Program-made: the position numbers and the translations under genes
Shown: positions 44,450 through 49,303 of the stretch, piece by piece
How the letters are laid out: every line of letters begins with the position of its first letter
Position numbering within the stretch: position 1 is the stretch's first letter
Notes under the pieces: model-generated
What the model was told of the DNA's origin: nothing
The model's input: only the letters and a program-made list of their open reading frames with translations
The model's database searches: none
DNA from: Candidatus Latescibacterota bacterium
GTDB taxonomy: Bacteria > Latescibacterota > Latescibacteria > Latescibacterales > Latescibacteraceae
NCBI GenBank assembly: GCA_016927495.1
Contig: JAFGMP010000259.1
Coordinates: 1 to 49,303, forward strand
Length of the DNA: 49,303 bases
Reading direction: 5' to 3'

Positions 44450-47400
44450 ATGACCACAAAATCCAATACAAATACACTCAAACTGTTTCATCCTCTTGTC
44501 AGTAAATGGTTCAGGGAAAATGTCGGAACACCGACCGATATACAAAATCAGGCATGGCCGTGCATTGCTGAGGGAAAACACGTGCTGGTCACAGCCCCGA
44601 CCGGCAGCGGGAAAACACTCACTGCATTTCTCTGGGCGATCAACAACTTTCTGGTTGATCTGAATACTATTCATCCGAAACGTGTCCTGTATATTTCTCC
44701 GCTCAAAGCTCTCAACAATGACATCAAACGAAATCTGAGTGAACCGCTGGAGGGCTTGAGAACTTTTTTCGAAAAGACAGGAGAGTCTTTCCCTGAAATA
44801 CGGATTGATGTTCGAAGCGGAGACACCGACCCTGGTGATCGCCGTCGAATGCTGCGCCATCCGCCGGAGATATTCATTACCACACCGGAAAGCCTGAATG
44901 TGCTGTTATCGTCGAAAAGCGGTGAACATCTGCTTTCGGGTTTCACCACGGTTATTTTAGATGAAATACATGCGGTTGCCGATGTGAAACGCGGTACTTA
45001 TCTGATGACGGCCATTGAACGACTGGCGCCGTTATGCGGCGAATTCCAGCGTATCGCCCTCTCAGCTACGGTTAAGCCACTCGAACACATAGCTGATTTT
45101 ATCGGTGGATACAGGATTGTCAGAAGTAAGGGTGAGTATCATTATGAAAAGCGTAATGTTACCATTTTAGAATCAAAGGTTAAGAAAAAATATCAAATCG
45201 ATGTAAATTTTCCGGATACAGACACTGAAAACAAGAATAATGATGCGTGGTGGGACTCATTCATAAACATTTTACGCGGGCGAATCGATTCTAACCGTTC
45301 AACACTGCTGTTTGCCAACAATCGCCGCATGGTAGAAAAAATCACGCGCCTGATAAACGAAAAGGAAGAAACGGATAAGGTCTATTCTCATCACGGTTCT
45401 CTGGCGAAAGAAATCAGGTCGGTTGTAGAACATAGACTCAAGAACGGTGAACTATCAGCCATTGTTGCCACAAGCTCACTTGAACTTGGGATCGATATCG
45501 GGGCTGTGGACGAAGTAATTTTAGTACAGACACCGTATTCCCTGGCATCGGCAATTCAACGGATAGGGCGGGCAGGCCACGGTGTCGGTCAGGTGTCGCA
45601 TGGAAGTTTTGTTCCTATGCATTCCCGTGACCTGATCGAAGCTGCCGTTCTTGCGGCGAATATCGATTCAGGTGATATCGAAACAATTAAGCCGCTTGAA
45701 AATCCGCTGGATGTACTGGCTCAGGTTTTACTTTCAGAAACTCTTCATGGACACCGTGATATAGATGAACTTTATGCTGAAATACGGGCTTGCAGCGCTT
45801 ACCAAAATCTGAGCCGCAAGGAATTTGACCTTGTTGTCGAAATGCTTGCCGGGCGGTATGCCGACACCAGAATTCGTGAACTCAAACCCCGTATCAAACT
45901 CGACCGTCTGAATAATACCATCATTGCAAACGATAACGCGAGGATTCTCTTGTACATGTCCGGTGGTGTCATACCCGACCGTGGGTATTACAACCTTCGT
46001 GTTGCGGAATCGAAAGCGAAAATCGGCGAACTTGACGAGGAATTTGTCTGGGAACGTTCTCTCGGCGATGCGTTTCCGTTCGGGAACCAGATTTGGCAGA
46101 TACTCCGTATTACCCATAACGATGTTGAGGTTAGGCAGGTGACAAAAAGCAACTCACTTGTCCCTTTCTGGAAAGCGGAGGCTTTTAACCGTTCGTTTCA
46201 TGTATCGGAAAAAATCGGCCTGTTTCTTGAAAACGCCAATAACCGGCTTAAAACCGGGGAGTTCAAAGAAGAACTTATGACGGTTAACCATACCGAAGAA
46301 ACTGCCGCCGACAGCTTAATCGGATTTCTCGACAGACAAAAAGAATCGACAGGTTCGCTTCCGCACCGTCACAATCTTGTCATCGAGCATTTCCATGATC
46401 CCGCAAATATCAGCGACAGTAAACAGTCTTTACTTCATACCCTGTGGGGCGGACAGGTAAATAGGCCTTTCGCCTTTGCGCTTTCGGCAGCATGGGAGGA
46501 AAAATATAACTATGCGCTGGAAACTTTTGTAAACAATGATTGTATTATGGTGAATCTGCCCCATGATTTCACTGCTGATGAGATTTTCTTACTCGTTGAA
46601 TCAGCGGAAATACCAAGGTTGTTGCGGAAAAAGCTCGAAAGCACAGGATATTTCGGAGCTCATTTTAGGGAAAATGCACAGCGTGCTCTTCTTTTGCCGC
46701 GGCGGAATTTCCGGGAGCGTATGCCGCGCTGGATAAACCGATTGCGTTCGAAAAAGCTGCTCGATGCGGTTTCGAAATTTGATGATTTTCCCATAGTGCT
46801 TGAAACATGGCGTGAATGTTTCGGTTATGACTTTGATCTCGAAACACTTTATCAGCTGATGGAAGAGATACGTACGGGTGAAATTTGCATCACCGAGGTT
46901 AATACACAGATTCCATCACCGTTCGCCGATCAGATTTTATGGCGCCAAACCAATTACTATATGTATGACGATGATACGCCGGGATCGAAACTTCAGACAA
47001 ACCTGAGAGATGAACTGTTACAGGAGATTATACATTCGTCTCATCTCCGACCCCGTCTTTCTTCGGATTTGATACATTCATTTGAGGAAAAAATTCAGCG
47101 GACATCCGAAGGATACCCGCCCGCATCACCGGAAGACCTCCTGGAATGGATAAAAGAGCGATTATACATACCCGCCGCTGAATGGGAGAAACTCTTACAG
47201 GCTATTAAACGGGATTATGAAATCGCACCGGAAAAAATAGTTGTTCCGATAACAGGCCAAATGTACAGAATTGAACGGGATAATTCGCTGGTTGCTGTTG
47301 TCGCGCTGGAAAATATCCCACGTGTAGCCGAAGCTTTGGAGATTGAAGTACACGATATCGACAGTATCACCGGAAAAATCAAGCGACCCCGCAAATCATC

Positions 47401-48925
47401 TGAAATGGAAGAAAATCCCCTCGCTGCTTTTTTGTATGAATGGCTGCGGTTTTATGGACCGGTTACACATGAATTTTTACTCGCTGCGCTCCATGTTGAT
47501 CAAAAAAAACTGACCAATGCGCTTGAAAAGCTTCTCGATGAGCGTAACATTATTATCGATGAATTCAGAGTGCCTGAAGTAACAGCATCACAAACAGCTG
47601 TACAGCAGGAGATATGTGACAATAAAAATCTTGAAATTCTCCTGAGGATGCGACGAAACGCAGAACGTCCTGTTTTCGAACCATTGAATATAAATACACT
47701 ACAGCTATTTCTGGCATATCATCAGGGTCTTGTCTCCATAGGGGAAAGCTCGGAGGATTTACAGGAGCGGCTCGATATGCTGCTTGGCTATCCGGCACGG
47801 GTATCGCTGTGGGAAACCGATATTCTTCCGGCACGACTTTCTCCTTACTACACATCTTGGCTGGATTCGGTGATGCATGAATGCGATCTTATCTGGTTCG
47901 GTTGTGGCAAGGAACGTATCAGCCTCTGTTTTGAGGCGGATTACGAACTTTATGCAGAAACATTTGAAACAACCGACAAAAATAACGAAAATGTTTTATA
48001 TAAATCTGTACATGAATTGAAACAGATATTTTCAGTGATGGTCGGCAAAATCGGATTTGCCGATATTGCGCGGTTGTCACGTATCCCTGTAGATACTCTA
48101 AGCGATGGACTCTGGCAGCTTGTCTGGGAAGGATCGGTGACGAACGATGATTTTAACACCCTCAGACGGGGCATTTTGAATAGATTTCGGTCTGAAAAAC
48201 TTCCGGAGCAAAGCGGACGGCGACATCGTCCGGGTTTCAACAGGTGGAAAAACGCGAGGCCGTTTACCGGCAACTGGTATATGCTGCCGAAGGCAGATAT
48301 GGGAACTTCAGATGCGCTTGACCGCCAGGAATTCATCAAAGACCGTATAAGACAGCTTTTTCTACGGTACGGCATTCTGTTTCGTGAGCTTTTGAGGAAT
48401 GAATTGCCATCGCTACAATGGGGGAGTATTTTCAGAACGCTGAGACTCATGGAACTTTCGGGCGAGGTATTCACCGGGCATTTCTTTAAAGGTTTGTACG
48501 GACTGCAATTTTGTACACATGGCGCATTACGAGTTCTTAATAAACCATTACCTAACGACACAATATATTGGATGAACGCAACTGATCCGGCATCGCTTTG
48601 CAGCCTGGGAATCGATGATTTGAAAGGCGTTCTTCCTGCACGGCTCCCCACAACTCACCTGGTTTATCACGGGCAGAATCTTGTTCTCATCTCAAAACGG
48701 AGCGGCAACGAACTGCTGTTTCGCGTTGGACCGGAAACGGAACTGATTGGTGAATATCTTGAAATGTTCAACGTTCAGTTGTCCAGACAATTCCAGCCGC
48801 AGAAAATCATAAAGGTGGAAACGGTCAACGATGTACCGGTTTTTGAAAGCCCGTATTTGAAAGCGCTAAAAAATTTCGGATTTAAAAAAGACTATAAAGC
48901 AGTGGTTCTTAGGAAAAAATATTAA
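44450..48925 (+). CDS. lhr: Lhr-like large ATP-dependent DEAD/DEAH-box helicase
   Basis: 1491 aa. Motif I APTGSGKT, motif II LDEIH, motif VI QRIGRAGH, then a ~900-aa Lhr-type C-terminal extension. Length and N-terminus (F.P.V..WF......PT..Q) match Lhr. Confidence 0.9.
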   Translation: MTTKSNTNTLKLFHPLVSKWFRENVGTPTDIQNQAWPCIAEGKHVLVTAPTGSGKTLTAFLWAINNFLVDLNTIHPKRVLYISPLKALNNDIKRNLSEPLEGLRTFFEKTGESFPEIRIDVRSGDTDPGDRRRMLRHPPEIFITTPESLNVLLSSKSGEHLLSGFTTVILDEIHAVADVKRGTYLMTAIERLAPLCGEFQRIALSATVKPLEHIADFIGGYRIVRSKGEYHYEKRNVTILESKVKKKYQIDVNFPDTDTENKNNDAWWDSFINILRGRIDSNRSTLLFANNRRMVEKITRLINEKEETDKVYSHHGSLAKEIRSVVEHRLKNGELSAIVATSSLELGIDIGAVDEVILVQTPYSLASAIQRIGRAGHGVGQVSHGSFVPMHSRDLIEAAVLAANIDSGDIETIKPLENPLDVLAQVLLSETLHGHRDIDELYAEIRACSAYQNLSRKEFDLVVEMLAGRYADTRIRELKPRIKLDRLNNTIIANDNARILLYMSGGVIPDRGYYNLRVAESKAKIGELDEEFVWERSLGDAFPFGNQIWQILRITHNDVEVRQVTKSNSLVPFWKAEAFNRSFHVSEKIGLFLENANNRLKTGEFKEELMTVNHTEETAADSLIGFLDRQKESTGSLPHRHNLVIEHFHDPANISDSKQSLLHTLWGGQVNRPFAFALSAAWEEKYNYALETFVNNDCIMVNLPHDFTADEIFLLVESAEIPRLLRKKLESTGYFGAHFRENAQRALLLPRRNFRERMPRWINRLRSKKLLDAVSKFDDFPIVLETWRECFGYDFDLETLYQLMEEIRTGEICITEVNTQIPSPFADQILWRQTNYYMYDDDTPGSKLQTNLRDELLQEIIHSSHLRPRLSSDLIHSFEEKIQRTSEGYPPASPEDLLEWIKERLYIPAAEWEKLLQAIKRDYEIAPEKIVVPITGQMYRIERDNSLVAVVALENIPRVAEALEIEVHDIDSITGKIKRPRKSSEMEENPLAAFLYEWLRFYGPVTHEFLLAALHVDQKKLTNALEKLLDERNIIIDEFRVPEVTASQTAVQQEICDNKNLEILLRMRRNAERPVFEPLNINTLQLFLAYHQGLVSIGESSEDLQERLDMLLGYPARVSLWETDILPARLSPYYTSWLDSVMHECDLIWFGCGKERISLCFEADYELYAETFETTDKNNENVLYKSVHELKQIFSVMVGKIGFADIARLSRIPVDTLSDGLWQLVWEGSVTNDDFNTLRRGILNRFRSEKLPEQSGRRHRPGFNRWKNARPFTGNWYMLPKADMGTSDALDRQEFIKDRIRQLFLRYGILFRELLRNELPSLQWGSIFRTLRLMELSGEVFTGHFFKGLYGLQFCTHGALRVLNKPLPNDTIYWMNATDPASLCSLGIDDLKGVLPARLPTTHLVYHGQNLVLISKRSGNELLFRVGPETELIGEYLEMFNVQLSRQFQPQKIIKVETVNDVPVFESPYLKALKNFGFKKDYKAVVLRKKY

Positions 48926-48977
48926 AAAACACTGGCAGAGTAACAAAGATACAAGATACAGGATTTTTGTACGATAT

Positions 48978-49085
48978 TGTAGGGGCACAACATTTTGTGC
49001 CCTGTATTATATATATGTGTAGGGGCAGGACCCTGTGTCTGCCCTTTCATATGTAGGTTGCCCCTGTGGTTGCCCTGTATTATTG
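48978..49085. repeat. Three tandem TGTAGG(G/T)-type hairpin units
   Basis: Unit 1 is 48978..49010, TGTAGGGGCACAAcattTTGTGCCCTGTATTAT. Unit 2 is 49018..49045, TGTAGGGGCAGgaccctgtgtCTGCCCT. Unit 3 is 49052..49085, TGTAGGTTGCCCctgtGGTTGCCCTGTATTATTG, and is degenerate. They start 53 nt after the lhr stop. Confidence 0.75.
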
Positions 49086-49174
49086 TCTGAACCATGATTC
49101 GCTTGATTTGTCTGATTACTTGATTTTAAAATCATGGCCATCCTTTAATCATATAAATCATGTTCAGACTTTTT
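49085..49174. repeat. Inverted repeat built from TGATT / AATCA motif arrays
   Basis: GTCTGAACCATGATT (49085..49099) pairs with AATCATGTTCAGAC (49156..49169) and is followed by TTTTT. Inside it, TGATT occurs at 49095, 49104, 49113 and 49121 (spacings 9, 9, 8). The complement AATCA occurs at 49130, 49147 and 49156. Confidence 0.7.
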
Positions 49175-49303
49175 ACACCCAATCATAAAAAAATTTCCTA
49201 ACATTTTTTCACTCCAAAAATATATATTAAGTTATGTATCTACATGTACTTATACAAAATACAGTTTAGATAGATATATGCTTCATTTCAATTAATATAC
49301 TTA

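Noticed and set aside
1-49303. Search by eye for CRISPR arrays, tRNA/rRNA genes, transposases, integrases and phage genes
   Set aside because: I saw no regularly spaced direct repeats, no tRNA-like T-arm or acceptor patterns, and no ORF with transposase, recombinase or phage hallmarks. tRNAscan, Infernal and ISfinder-type scans would be needed to exclude small or degenerate elements.

Overview
49.3-kb bacterial chromosomal fragment with about 30 protein genes. I found no rRNA, tRNA, CRISPR array, transposase or integrase. Gene content by region: (i) 1-5.5 kb is a very AT-rich glycan-biosynthesis segment cut by the window edge, holding a GT4 glycosyltransferase, a frameshifted SAM methyltransferase, an AsnB-type amidotransferase and a second GT-like protein. 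(ii) 5.7-11.4 kb is an operon-like block made of a peptidase-containing ABC exporter (PCAT) carrying two N-terminal cyclic-nucleotide-binding domains, an HlyD adaptor, a signal-less parvulin (PpiC) protein and a stand-alone paralogue of its N-terminal domain. No cargo gene is visible. (iii) 11.5-15.9 kb (minus strand) holds a NapC/NirT tetrahaem cytochrome fused to a formylglycine-generating-enzyme (FGE)-like domain, a Tat-lipoprotein Gfo/Idh/MocA oxidoreductase and an MFS transporter. (iv) 16-23 kb carries carbohydrate genes: an Ldh_2 oxidoreductase, a secreted GH38, a GNAT and a GH9-CE4 fusion. (v) A flavodiiron protein gene (fprA) follows. (vi) 25-39 kb looks like a glycan-processing region: a Gfo/Idh/MocA gene, three Tat-signal DUF362 paralogues (one with a T9SS/FlgD-Ig-type C-terminal domain), a Tat-signal double-SIS-like protein, a URO-D-family protein, a 1095-aa heparinase II/III-like protein and a sugar MFS transporter. 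A HEPN/nucleotidyltransferase pair is inserted inside the DUF362 operon. (vii) 39-49 kb holds housekeeping-type genes: ABC-F ATPase, M1 aminopeptidase with HEAT repeats and Lhr helicase. The intergenic DNA carries several families of long imperfect palindromes. One family is present in two nearly identical, strand-specific copies. The flavodiiron protein, the many Tat substrates and the FlgD-Ig/T9SS-like tail suggest an uncultivated anaerobe or microaerophile of the FCB-type lineages, but that is inference only. All calls come from reading motifs in the supplied translations. No database search was run.
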